Origin: Octopus bimaculoides
Taxonomy: Eukaryota
Direction of reading: 5' to 3'
Assembly (NCBI RefSeq): GCF_001194135.2
Contig: NC_068982.1
Location: 181,113,271 to 181,177,270 of the forward strand
Length of the DNA: 64,000 nt
The notes under the pieces were generated by a model. It ran no database searches, had not been told where the DNA came from, and saw only the letters and a program-made list of their open reading frames with translations. Positions 27,191-40,008 of this stretch are shown piece by piece. Both the position numbers and the translations under genes were made by a program. Numbering within the stretch: position 1 is the first letter of the stretch; each line of letters opens with the position of its first letter.

Positions 27191-27945
27191 GGTGAGAAAC
27201 TAAGACAGACAGAGAGATGAATTGCGAGAGGGTAAAGGAGATATAATGAAATTAAGATTGTGCTATTAAACGAAAGATAGTGACATTCTGAGATGTGTGA
27301 AATTTTGCAGAAATATTGCTGACGGAAATGAAATGCTGTTCGCTAAGATAATTTCGAGTAAGAAAAACTTCATGATTCGTGGGAATTATGTAAACCAGAA
27401 GTTCCATTTTCAATTTAACTCTCTTTAAAATATTTCTGCAGAAATTGTTTCTGAATAACATATTAGCTCGGCAGACACAACGTTGTAAACATGTGTATTT
27501 ATGTGCATACTTCTGAACGTGTTTGCAACGCACACATGAGCACAATTAAAGATGATGTGTACATGGTGTGCTAACATTTGCTAGAAATTATAAATATATT
27601 ACAATTAGACGCACATAAACGAACACACATGCACGCACACATACACACATACACGCACACACGGTCACATACATTCACACACACGCACACTTACACATAC
27701 GGAGTCTATAGAATATAGGCACATCAGCATGTAGGACGCCATAAATAGCTAGGTATGATAACATGGAGGTCACAATGAGGCAAGAGATCAAGTGTTGGGA
27801 GGATACTATAGGGTACTGCTGGACAAAATACACGCCTAAAATTTTACGTGAAAACAGTGGATTATATGTTATGACGTAATCTATGAATACGTGAATAAAA
27901 TTCTACTATAGCACCTTCTATGCAACCATTAAAGCAATGTATGTA

Positions 27946-27976
<31 letters not shown>

Positions 27977-28169
27977 TCCCTTTCTGTCATTTCAATATGT
28001 AACCACATGTGAATCGTTGGCGATTTTCTTCCTCCGTCTTCCTTCTTTTCTTTTCTCTCTTTCTGTCTGTCTGAAATTATGGATGAGAGGGCAAGTTGAT
28101 TATATCAACCCCAGTATTCAACAAAACATAGAAATCTAGTGCTGGGTAAGAGTTATAATATTCACTGGG

Positions 28170-29013
28170 AAACTCTAGGCATAGAAGACGAAGAGAAAGA
28201 ACCAGCTGGTCTATTTAAGTGCACTATCGGGCCTGTTACAACTATGGATAACATCTAGGAATCCCTGGCCTAGCAGTGCTACCGAGATCTGCCAGTTCGA
28301 TATAACTGCAGAGGACCGGAATCGCCGTCAGGCGGGACTGTCCGAAACACGCTCAAAGCGATGAAACTGTTTGACTTGTGGAATTATTTTGAACGGCTAT
28401 TATCATCTGTGAGACAAATCCGACTATCGACAGAATACTTCGTGAGAATCGTTCTACAATCCACCTTTAACAAGGCAGAGCAGGCGCTGTTCCTCTATCT
28501 AGTGTTCACGGTGAAAGAGGTTGTGTGATGGACGAGACTGAAAGAATTAAGGAAAGACGCTTTCCTCTTCGGTCAAGCTCTCATTGACTTTTCAAGTTCC
28601 ACTTGGAGAGGAAAGTTATGGTGTAGAATGAAGTACTACCTCCCAGTGATTTTGTGAAAAGATGGATAATTGTGGCAAAAAATAGTTAGAATGAATAGTA
28701 CTCCAACTACGGGCCTGTAGATTAGAAAGCAGGAAAGAAAAAGAGAAAGAGAGATGGAGAGAAGGATCTCGTACATTAGGCAGCCTCTCTAATTCTTCAT
28801 CTGTGAGTTTCCTTGATTGGCCATAGTTGGGGTTTCTCCTCTATCAGGAGCTGCATCATTCATGCTATCACATACTTTGTATATTCTGTATACGTTTATT
28901 GCATTTCATTGTCTCTTCAGTTTTCTTCTCTCCCTAATGTAAATGCCCACAGTTATTGTTGTCTATCCATTTGATGCCCCCTTCATCTATGCCCCTGTGG
29001 CTAATAACAGAAA

Positions 29014-29105
<92 letters not shown>
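28170..29105 (+). mobile_element. 3' part of a Tx1/L1-like LINE with 3' UTR and (ATT)n tail
   Basis: Translation RRDCPKHAQSDET...LWNYFERLLSSVRQIRLSTEYFVRI...LFLYLVFTVKEVV*WTRLKELR resembles a Tx1-type C-terminal zinc-knuckle region. It is followed by a pyrimidine-rich UTR and an ATT tail at 29017-29105. Confidence 0.6.
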
Positions 29106-29108
<3 letters not shown>

Positions 29109-29152
29109 TAGATTTATTTTTATAACGTGTTTTCACTTCACTACCGAGCGCA
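29105..29152 (-). mobile_element. Extreme 3' tip of the Dong-like family seen at 6401
   Basis: TTCAGTAGATTTATTTTTATAACGTGTTTTCACTTCACTACCGAGCGCA is nearly identical to 6402-6450. Confidence 0.9.
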
Positions 29153-29159
29153 GTAAGAG

Positions 29160-29870
29160 AAAAAGAAAAGCAGGAAAAATCTTGAAAAAGGTTGGTACAA
29201 AAACTGGAACGAGAACAAACGAAATCAAGAAACTAAGATATTCGTCCTTACTGATTGCAGAAAGCTCATTAAATACAGCTGATATAGAACAAAATATCAG
29301 AAATTTGTCAAAGTCTGCGAGACACCAACTCAATCTGGAGTAGTCTGTGGCTTCCAATTCTATAAAAGAAACCTGTCCATGTGTTTACACCTGCTGAATT
29401 AAAATATCATACAGCTGCTACTCCAATATGAAGAAATGTTAAGTCGCAAAAATCACCAAGAGACTAGATCCAGTTGTTACTGTCGAGACCTTGAAGTTTG
29501 CCCACTTGATCAAACGTGTATGATAGATTCCGTCATATACGAGGCTGAAGTTACAGCTACGATCCAAGACAACTCAATTGAAAAGAAAAAAATGCATCGA
29601 GTTATATGATGGCGAATTCAAGAGACGTTATGCAAACCAACTATCTTCTTTCCGGCATATCGATAAAGTTAATGCAACGGAGTTTGCTAGCCACGTATGA
29701 ATTTTGAGGAGCAGCTACTCATCAAATACAATTATACTTAAATCGAAGCCATATGATAATTAATCTAAGAAATGCAACTTATGGGTAGCAGAAAGGCTTC
29801 ATATTCTTCTTCGATCCTACAATTCCAACACTGCTTAATTCCAGATGTGAAAATCTTAGAAGGTGTAGAC
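29160..29870 (+). mobile_element. Penelope-like element GIY-YIG endonuclease region, degenerate
   Basis: Translation CYCRDLEVCPLDQTCMIDSVIYEAEV...CIELYDGEFKRRYANQLSSFRH...KSKPYDN*SKKCNLWVAERLHI follows the PLE endonuclease pattern (CPL.G.CL..SVIY.A...YIG.TE..FK.RY..H). Confidence 0.85.
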
Positions 29871-31129
29871 ACATGAACAAGTTTGTTTTATCGAATTGGA
29901 GGGCACCACCCGCTCGCAGACTTCGATATATTTTTTTGTTATTTTGTTCTAAACAAGTCGCAATTAATGAGATTTCTGAAATAAAGTAGGCTGAGGATGT
30001 TTTTATTTCGTTTGTTGTCGTTCCATTTTTGGCACCAATCGTCTTTACATGTCTGCCATGACTTTTCTTATTTTCTTCCTGTCCAGTGTCCTTGCTTGTA
30101 AAAAAATATATAACTCATACACAGTGTCTGAAGGATTGATTTAAGATACTTGGCGTATTTTATAAATATAAAAATATACCTGTTCAAGTAACATAAAATA
30201 ATGAAACTATTAGTAGCTCTTTCGGTTGCATATTGAACCGAAATACTTATCTCTCACTGGAAGGAGTATTTTTTTTTTGATTCTACTTCTATTGGTTCTA
30301 TTAATTATATATGTGTGTGCGTGTGTGTGTGTATCAGATACTTCATGCGCAGACACATATAATACGAAGTTACTGAGAGAAATTATGGATAGAAGAAATA
30401 TTGAGTGATTGATAGTTGATAGATAGAGTGTTCGAGTATTCGTTACTTTATAGTTTTTGAAATATTTGAAAGGCAAGGTATTTTTTGAAATACGATATAA
30501 AACACATTTAACAATTTTTGGCATTTGTTTAACCATGAAATTATAAAGTTTGTGCATATTCAAAACAATTTGCTGAGATGATATCAACATCTGCAGTATT
30601 ATGTTTCAGGCAGAATACATCACATTACTAAATCTTTCACCCAAGCACACTTGAAATAATATTAAAAGCTGCATACACTTTGTTTTACACTACAGAACAC
30701 ACACACTGATGCTTATTGATGACCTTTCAAAAGGATGCTAGACGCTGTATTTTACTGAATATGTATGACTGTAAAATGAGTACAATCAGTACAGTTTGCT
30801 TAAGTTGCGTTTATCGTAGATACAACATTTTGCGTTCTATCTTGTCTGGAACCTTGGGCAAGGACATTTTACATTTGCCTCCATCTCAGTACTTCCTCGC
30901 CAGTCAGATTTGGATACGTGTTATGGTACCCATTGCAAGTGCTGTTCACGCTATTGTTTTATTTATTGAATCCATTGTTTTGTTTAATATCACCAACTGG
31001 TCCGTTCAAGCCTTTAATATGGTCAACATCTGTAGAATATTACATAATAATAACAGATAACACCTCGAGTAGTAGTTCTATTACGTACAGAATATATATG
31101 TGTGTGTGTGCAACACGTTGTGTGAGAGA

Positions 31130-32822
31130 AGATTCTGATGTTATAGGAGAGAAATGTATCCGGATAGATGATGGTGCACTTGCTTTTAATGAGTCTGCAA
31201 AGAAAGAGGCTTTGAGATGCCATTCTGGAAGACTATTCAACGTGGAGAATGAATGAGAGGAGTAGAGTCTGTCAAACGTTGACCCAAATTAGGGACCAGC
31301 TACACGAAAATTACAGTACACTGGTAGATAAATCATTGAAGATATGAAGACAGGGAAAGCCCCTGGCATATCAGGAATCATCGCGGCGATACCTAAAGTA
31401 TCTGGCGGTGTGAGTTATGGTGTAGTCACTTGTATTGTAAATCAGGTAGTTCCTGAAGGGGTCATACACAATGAGTGGCGCAGCAGCACCATAGTCAACT
31501 GCTACAAATGTAAATGTGATGCCTTAGATGGAAATGATTACAGAGGTATCAAATAGTTGGATCAGGTGATGAAAGTTACAGAGAGCGTCATAGATCAAAC
31601 AATCAGAGAGAAAGAGAGATTTAGTCTAGATGAGATGCAGTTTGTTTTTGTCCCCGGTAGAAGCATCACTGATGCTATATTTCTTTTAGGGCAACTGCAG
31701 GAGAATACCTAGCCAAAGATAAACCTCAGTACTTGGGTTTTGTTAACTTGGAGAAAGATTTTGACAGGGTCCCCTGACCCTTATCTGGTGGTCAATACGG
31801 AAACTAGGGATAGACGAGTGGTTGGTGAGAACCATATGAACCTTGTACAGAAAGGCTACCAGTAAGATGGGCAACGAGTACAGCGAAGAATTCAGAGTAC
31901 AAGTAGGGGTTCACCAAGGGTCGGTGCTCAATCCCATCTAGTGCTCCAGGGAATAAGAGAGAAATTCAAGACAGGCTGCTCCTGGGAGATCCGCTATGCT
32001 GATGACCTTGATCTTATAACAGAATCACTACCTGAACTAGAGCCGAAGTTCCAGGCATGAAAGCAAGGTCTAGAATCAAAGAGCCTTAGAGTTAACCTAG
32101 ACAAAACCAAAGTCTTAGTAAGCAGGAAAGCAGACAAATCACAAATCTCTTCAGGTAGATGACCCTCTTCAATCTGCATAAAAGGTGTGGGTAGAAACTC
32201 CATAAGATGCACCCAGTGTAAGCTTTGGACACATAAAAGGTGCTGCAACATCACAGGGAAGGTTAACAGGGAAACTAACATTCGTATGGACAAGAACAGC
32301 TGTGTAAAGAAGTGCCGATCTCTAACTGTGGTAGTGGTAGACCCAGAAAGACATCGGGCGAGGTGGTGAAGCATAATCTTCGAACTTTAGGCGTTACAGA
32401 AGCAATGACTGGTGACTGCGATCTTTGGTGACGTACTGTGCTTCAGAGGATCCGTCAAGCACCCGTGCGAGGCAAAGTGGCGGAGTTTCTTGCGAGTGCT
32501 GGGCCTGGCGGAGGCAATGGCCAAGACCTTTCGCATTAAGACGTACTTGAGAAGACCCATCAAGCCGAGCGAAATCGCCGTTGTGGCAAATACCGGTGTC
32601 CGGCAAATTGGTACCCATGCCAATCGAGTGTAAATGCACCCGGTGTCACGAAAATGGCATCCGTGCCGGCGACACGTAAAAGCACCCGTTACGCTTTCGG
32701 AGCGGTTGGCATTGAGAAGGGCATGCAGCTCCAGACAACTATGCCAAATCAGACTTGAATCTGGCGCTGTGTTCTAGCATGCCAACCCATGGACAACGGG
32801 CATTACATGATGATGATGATGA
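31130..32822 (+). mobile_element. RTE-clade LINE, 5'-truncated and internally deleted, with 3' UTR and (GAT)n tail
   Basis: MKTGKAPGISG...YRGIK, QFVFVPGRS.TDAIF, GVHQGSVL, YADD (31995-32006), a Cys-rich PHD-like insert (32163-32250), then a jump to the C-terminus GRPRKTSGEVVKHNLRTLG, the UTR and TGATGATGAT. Stops and frameshifts present. Confidence 0.92.
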
Positions 32823-32921
32823 TTATATATATATATATATATATATATATNNNNNNNNNNNNNNNNNNNNNNNNNNNNNNNNNNNNNNNNNNNNNNNNNN
32901 NNNNNNNNNNNNNNNNNNNNN

Positions 32922-33809
32922 ATTGGCTGTGAGGATTAATTTATGAGCGTGTTTTTTTAACTTTAAAAATGCACGCAGAAATATAACGCATTGGCAAAAT
33001 GTTTTATGTTATTTGAAAGGTTATTGTTTGCTCTACAAGATTTTGTTTTTAAAAACATTTTCTGATTCTTTGTATATTTTTAGATCCTCAAAATGCAATG
33101 TCAATTGAACAAAGCTGGGCATTTTCGACACCATTTGATTTTTGAAGTTAATCGAAGTGTTAAGCCTGACGAAGATCCTCGTGACATTTGTGCTGTGTAT
33201 GGAGAAGTAGCACTGTCTCAAAATACCACCCGCCGTTGGTTTTCGCGCTTCATTAATGGGAAATTTGACCTCAAAGACGGATCACCCACCGTTCAACCAA
33301 CTGAGTTCGATGAAGAGGCATTGAATATAAACTTCTGCACGATAAACCAAGTCAAACGGATAAAGAATTGGCGCAGCTGACGGATTATAATATAAAAGAA
33401 ACTGTAGTGAACCACCTTCACTCAATGGGCAAGGTTCATATCAAACTCAACTGGGCTACCGGTGTGTGATACCTCCTTGAAGTCTAAATTTCCATCTTTG
33501 AAGAGCGGCGGGCTTCTCCATGCACAACAGAAATGTTACGAGCAACTTCGTCGGGATTAACAACCCGTTTAGAAGCAAAAAGCAAATGATGTTGAAAATC
33601 CTAGGTTTTGTCCAGTTGACAGTCACTTTTAATGATCTGAAAATACAACGCAAAAATCAATAAAATTAAGAAATCAAAGCACACTTGTAGATCAAACAAT
33701 ACTCATTCAAATAACATAAAACTTTTTTATGAACGCATTTTATTTCTACGTGCATTTTTTAAATATTTGAATGAAAAAATGCTCATGAATTATTCCTCAA
33801 CCGAATATA
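32922..33809 (+). mobile_element. Internally deleted mariner element with ~120-bp imperfect TIRs
   Basis: ORF 33093-33380 encodes a mariner N-terminal HTH (RDICAVYGEVALSQNTTRRWFSRFINGKFDLKD). 32922-33039 is the reverse complement of 33684-33807. TA follows the right end. Confidence 0.88.
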
Positions 33810-34399
33810 TATTGTATATGTGTATGTGTGTGTGTGCGTGCATATACATATGTACATACATATAAATGTATGTATGTACTCATGTGTGTATGCATGTATG
33901 GTATGTATGTGTATATACATATATACGTTTGTTTGCTTGCTTGTGTGCGTGTGTGTTTGTGTGTATGTGCATGTTCAGCATAGTGGATGTGTTACAATAT
34001 ATTTCTTTTGCGTAATGTCAGTTACATTCTACACCAGACTGTGATCTATATCAGTTTCCTGCATGAAGTGCAATGATATATCGGCTAGACATTGAGAGAT
34101 ATTTTGTATGTATGGTTTAATGATTTAATAGACTGCGTTATCCTATCGGAGATTCGACGATAGGTCAACACGAGGCGTTGTAAGACGATGCTTTGTGAAG
34201 GTGGTGCATGTGGGATTAAAACCAACACCATATACTTGCATATCTTCTTAACTAAAGAGTACACGTAGCACTCAGAATATTTAATCAGTAATAAATAGCA
34301 ATGGTGTTATATAGCACTACCGCTATAAGATGTAGCAATGACGAGCTGAAGGGATACTTTCAGTGGAATGAATGAATTATATTCATGCTTCATTCAAAT

Positions 34400-34640
34400 T
34401 ACTGGGATCTTTCATTCCATCTTGGTCACTATTTTTTGTAGTGCTTAGTTCTTCTTTGTCCACCACTTGGCAGGGATTAGTCCATCACCTTGATTCAGTT
34501 CCATTGTTCATCGCATTCGGAAATCTTAGTTCAGAACTATGGTTTATCTAATTGGCCGTCCTAATTTCCTCTGGTCCACCCCATTGACAGCTAGTCTGCT
34601 TCCTTGGTCAACCCCACATGTCATATCTATGTACGTAGTT
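34400..34640 (-). mobile_element. RTE-like LINE 3' fragment
   Basis: Minus translation ...VDQRKLGRP... resembles the RTE C-terminal RGRPRKTW region. Decayed. Confidence 0.45.
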
Positions 34641-35735
34641 CAGCCTGTTTAATTTCATTGGGAAGTTCTAGCTGTCAGATATGTACAGTATACATCAGTT
34701 ATTTATCATCCATACGTTTAATTGTATGGAAATATATTGTAATTGAATGACTGTCATACACTTATAATAACTTCTTTCCTCTTTATTAATTGGTATGTGT
34801 ATGTACTAGTATCCTACAAATGTGAAAACGTACACGTGGAGCATTTGCAAACGTCTTTCATCCGTACAAGCAAAGAGTATGGTACTTAAGATTTGCAAAT
34901 GATTATCAATAGCTAAATGCAAAAATTAATTTCTTCTTTCGATGCACTCTCTGTGGGTTGAACATAAAATCAAAACACGTCTTCCTTTCAATAATAAACA
35001 GTAATCGTTCTCTTCATGTATGCTTCGTATTATATACCAAATGACCAGGGATCTTATATGCACCTCTGCCTCGCTAAAATCACTCCAAGATATACTCACT
35101 GCAGATGAAATGAATGGTTTAGAGCCCGTCTTGCAACTATTTCCATAATATAAACACACAAAGTGAAGCGTTTCTCAAATATCTTTTGTTAACCTTAACA
35201 GAAAGCCATTACTCGATCTCCAGTCCGATTCAACAAATATAGCTATAAGCCATCGTATTACTTAAATTGCTCTCAGACAGTACGGTAACAACCAGAACGA
35301 CTTTCCCTTCTTTTTTCTCTATGAAAATATAATCGGCTCTACAGAAAACCTGATAGCACATTGTCTGTTCCAGTGACTTCCCAATTCTAACAGCTCAAAT
35401 GTGATAGAAACCTTGTTCCCCACTCTTTCTCATTGCAATGTTGAATGACTTGTTTGGAACGCAGTGTTTGTGATTCTATGCCGTTACGACTAATTTAATG
35501 TTGAGACCTATTGGAGGTCACCAAATGGCATCTTCAACCAGCCTTGCACATGATTCCCCCATTAACCAAGGTATTCTGTGAGCTCAATACAGCTCCACAT
35601 CTTAGATTGAATATTTCCTGTAATACGATTTAACGTACGTCACAAGATCTGTTTATTTGTGTTTGTTTTTATTGTACACCGTATTACATCTATCTGAATT
35701 TATGTATATAAGTGTGTATGCATATATGAATGCAA

Positions 35736-35775
<40 letters not shown>

Positions 35776-36630
35776 GTGTGTGTGTGTGTATGCATGTGTG
35801 CATATCAAAATGAGAAGCAAAACTACCAGACAGGACATGTTAACGATCGAAATTGTTTGTTTGATATACAGAAAAAGAATTCGCTATCAAGCTTCAGAAT
35901 GGGTATTTGGAAGACACGAGAAAAACTGGAAATAAATATACTACAAAAGAAATCGAAACGAAAATATTTGAATGAAGTAGTTTAACATGGTGACTGTTAT
36001 ATTTATACAAGAGAAAGAAAAAGAAAACTATTTCGAAGACCGTGACTTCTTAAAAAGTGACCTTCATAAAGCGAAAGATACTGTTTCGTAATTTTGTTGA
36101 TATGAGGAAATCTGTGAATACGTATTACTTCTTCGATAGTTGTCATCATCCCAGCCGTTGTTGTGGTTTCTCTCTACAAGAGTTACTCATTTCAACGGGA
36201 TCAAAAGTCGTGTGCACATTTATGGGCTAGGTGAAATAATTAATATTCATTTCATTCGTTCACAGTTGTTTCATAATATTGTTATGTATATAATGTATAT
36301 TACATAAATATTTGCACGTGTATTAAATATGCATATAAATATATGTGTATAAAAGGTTGGTGAAACTTTAACTAACGGACGGATCTTCGGAACGATTCAT
36401 GGTAGTTCAACTCTGCTACAGGAAGCAAGCTAACGCCCAAAGTATACCAAATGTGGTAGATGTACTCGGCATGTTATCATGTATGTGGGTATGGACTGCC
36501 TTAACGTACCGATGCACGTAAATGAACACACATTCAAAGAATGAATATGTAGATAAATACAATAAAGTCAAGCAACAGAAAAAAATGTTAACAAAATTAG
36601 AAAATAACATGAATGTATATAAGCTTCGAA

Positions 36631-37277
36631 ATCAAAATTATCCGCACTTTCGCTATAACATATCTTTATTATTGTCACACTGCCTTCTGCGCATGCATGC
36701 TTATTGTTGGTACTATTGGGTCAGTGATGGAAGTTTGAGCTTGATCACGCCATTTTTCTTTCAGAGTTTACAGTGTAAGCATGGCCGCTCCACTAGCAAT
36801 GTGCACGAAAGAAGAGCAATGCGCAGTGATCCGATGTTTCTGGTCAGAAGGTGCGTCAGGTGCTGAAATTCATCTGATACGTTTATCACAATACGGGAAC
36901 AGTGCACTACCGCGTAGTAGTGTGTATGAGTGGATCACGAAGTTTGAAAGTGGCCGGACAAGAAATGTGTCTCACGAAGAGGGAGCAAAATGCCCGTCAA
37001 CATCCACCATTGACGAGAAGATTCAGCAAACTCGAGAAACGCTAATGGTGAACCGGTTCACCATCACCATCTCTCGGTTCACTGCTCCTTGTTCTTTGGT
37101 GCACATTGCTAGTGAGGCGGCCATGTTTACGCTGTAAAGCCAGAAAGAAAAATGGTGCGATCAGGCTCAAATATTGATCACGTGACCAGAATAGCACCAA
37201 CTATAAGCACCCATGCGCAGAAGGCAGTCTAACAATAATCAAGATATGTTATGGTGAAAGTGTGGATAATTTTTGAA
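36631..37277. mobile_element. Mariner-derived fold-back (MITE-like) element with ~200-bp inverted arms
   Basis: 36631-36835 and the reverse complement of about 37073-37277 align, including the transposase ATG. The central ORF 36781-37060 encodes a mariner HTH (AVIRCFWSEG...SSVYEWITKFESGRT...PSTS). Confidence 0.88.
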
Positions 37278-37289
37278 AAAGAAATACTG

Positions 37290-37375
37290 GGGTTGATTTC
37301 TTCGACTAAAAATCCTTCAACGCGGAGCCCCAGCATGGCCGCAGTCTATTGACTGAAGCAGATAAAGGGTAATAA
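37290..37375 (+). mobile_element. SINE 3' tail fragment
   Basis: GTTGATTTCTTCGACTAAAAATCCTTCAACGCGGAGCCCCAGCATGGCCGCAGTCTATTGACTGAAGCAG resembles SINE 3' ends I recall from octopus sequence. Not verified by search. Confidence 0.55.
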
Positions 37376-39121
37376 TTAAAAATGACAACTGGGCTTTTCA
37401 AAGAAGTTGGCTTCCTAAGAATATGTACTTACTGTAATATGTCTATTATATAAAGAAAAAGAAGTTGAGAATCCCCATATTAATTTAAATGAATAAATCA
37501 TATGGTGAGAGTAAATGTAGGATAAATAAATAAGACAAACAAATAAGTAAATGTAATTGTAAATATAGAGAAATACAAAATAAAACAAGATAAAGTTTGG
37601 AAATCTGATAGGAGGGCTTAAGTTGGAATTTTACGCAGTGTTGATTTTGAAAGATGACGGCGTTATTTCAAGAAAGTTCACATGTTATCAACATACACAT
37701 ATAAACACATTAAATGAACAACCACAAGCACATTAGCATGCATATACACGTATTCATATATGAATATTAATAAGCATGTTCATGCATGTTTATAAACAAG
37801 CTTGTTTACGCCCGCGCGCTCATACACACACACGCATACATTAGAGCACAAAATACTAATGCCGAAATAGTAATCTTAGTAGTAGTCCATCAATCATTAA
37901 TTTAATTGACCAAAACAGATTTATAGTATTTTACACTTGCAGCAATGTAAGGATGTCCATACGCATATATATGGTGTGAGAGACGATATCCACGCAAAAA
38001 AAAAAAAAATTCATGCAGTAATTCAGACTTTGTTAAACTACTGCATTAACAGTTGTACTAGATAAGACATTTTAATAATATTTTTGTTCACGCCAGTTGT
38101 GAATGGAAACAATGAGCTAAAGATAAGGAAAGATAAATGAACAAGTAAATGATAATTAAACGAATAACATAAAATAACATCGCATGAATAAGTTGAAATA
38201 TAGTAGGGGAAATAAAAAACAAAATAGGCCGCATTTAGAAGTATTATTATAGTACTAGTAGTTTTATATAACACTACATTATTTGCTAGTTGTTTAAATA
38301 ACAGTACAGATGTAAGTAGGATTAACAGTACATTTATGGACATCGTATTACAGATTTGTATGAAGATATTACAGCTAATAAATTGTTACATTAAAAATAA
38401 AATATATTCAACGATCACAAGTTATGCATATCAGTATTCTCCTCATGATGTAATTTTAAAATGCCAATCAAATTTGCTCAGTCGGCATACGATAAAATGA
38501 ACTGAAATAAAATATGTTGATATAATGCAAAAAATGAGAAATAATGAAGATAAAGATCATAGTAATCATGGCGATCTACCTATAATGTTTCTATTAATAG
38601 TAGTTTTAAACGTGCTTTTAGATGAACAATGTTAATTTTTAGTATTATATAGGAAGGACATACTATACACATGTGGGCAATTTTAGTGCGTCGTCTTAAT
38701 GGTTGACAAGATTGTATTTAGATTTGTTTATATCGAAGGATTTCGCTATTTGCAAATTACAAACATCTATCGCTACTGCATTTGTACAGTTGTGCTTTGC
38801 ATATATTGGAACACATTTATNNNNNNNNNNNNNNNNNNNNNNNNNNNNNNNNNNNNNNNNNNNNNNNNNNNNNNNNNNNNNNNNNNNNNNNNNNNNNNNN
38901 NNNNNNNNNNNNNNNNNNNNNNNNNNNNNNNNNNNNNNNNNNNNNNNNNNNNNNNNNNNNNNNNNNNNNNNNNNNNNNNNNNNNNNNNNNNNNNNNNNNN
39001 NNNNNNNNNNNNNNNNNNNNNNNNNNNNNNNNNNNNNNNNNNNNNNNNNNNNNNNNNNNNNNNNNNNNNNNNNNNNNNNNNNNNNNNNNNNNNNNNNNNN
39101 NNNNNNNNNNNNNNNNNNNNN

Positions 39122-39430
39122 CTTCGTCGGCGTTCGACAGCTGATGACCTTGGTGAGAGAGAAAAACCTGGCAAATCTTATATCTTCTTTTCCAGTGACA
39201 TTCTTCACTGATATTGAAAAGGTGAAAACAAGCAATGTTAATTCTCTAAATGAAGTATTAACAGTAACTGCACGATAAAGTGTAGTATATTGCCACTTAA
39301 GTGTGGCTGACCCCTAGGGGTGGATGTTACTGTTGCTTTTAGCCCCAGGAGGACATCTCCTCCAGCTGGCTTATCGACACACGACTGTGTCCTGTTTGCC
39401 AAGGGAGTTATCCCTCTCACCACGACCAGC
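39122..39430 (-). repeat. Copy of the ~354-bp hammerhead-containing unit (diverged, cut by a gap)
   Basis: Colinear with 40250-40560. The minus strand at the gap edge reads GTCGAACG-CCGACGA-AG, the first half of the hammerhead core. Confidence 0.85.
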
Positions 39431-40008
39431 AGCATATATATATATATGCGTGTGTGTGTGTGTGTGTGTGTAAAAGAATATAAGAATACAAATCACGTTA
39501 ATGACATTCCTTAGATCTATATGTGCAAATATTTGTATGTAGACGTGTGAACTTGTTTCGGATGGTATGTACAGTTATTTGGACTTATATTTCCCCAATC
39601 TGTGTATTGTGTGGAGAAAGAAAAAAAACTATATTTTGCTTTAATCGAGAAATTCAAACTGAGGTCTTTTTCAATTTCCTCACACTAGCCCGATTTCAGC
39701 CAGAGTGTATTTTAGGTGGAGTTTTTAGTAGTTTTTGAAAATATCAGCACTTCAAGCATGCTGGAGAAAGGTCGTTTCATCCTGATCTCCTTTGATATAC
39801 GTATATGCATTTTGGAGCAATATCGAGAATAACCAGCCGAAATTGCAAAGATAATCTGGATCTCGACTGAGGAAAGAAAACTCCGAATGACCTGTACTTG
39901 TTTTCTTTGTATCGTCTATCTGGATGTTTTGCTGTCCCTTTCTTGTATCACCTAACTGTTTGGATGTTTTGCGTCCTTGTCCCATTTTATAGTATTGATA
40001 TATATACC

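Noticed and set aside
35100-35136. 37-nt minus-strand AG...GTGAGT candidate exon
   Set aside because: Frame-shifting length, unrecognised peptide and no further support.
39138-39175. Plus-strand CTGATGA...GAGAAA hammerhead-like string in repeat copy 1
   Set aside because: Not conserved in the other copies and lacks stems II and III; the conserved motif is on the opposite strand.
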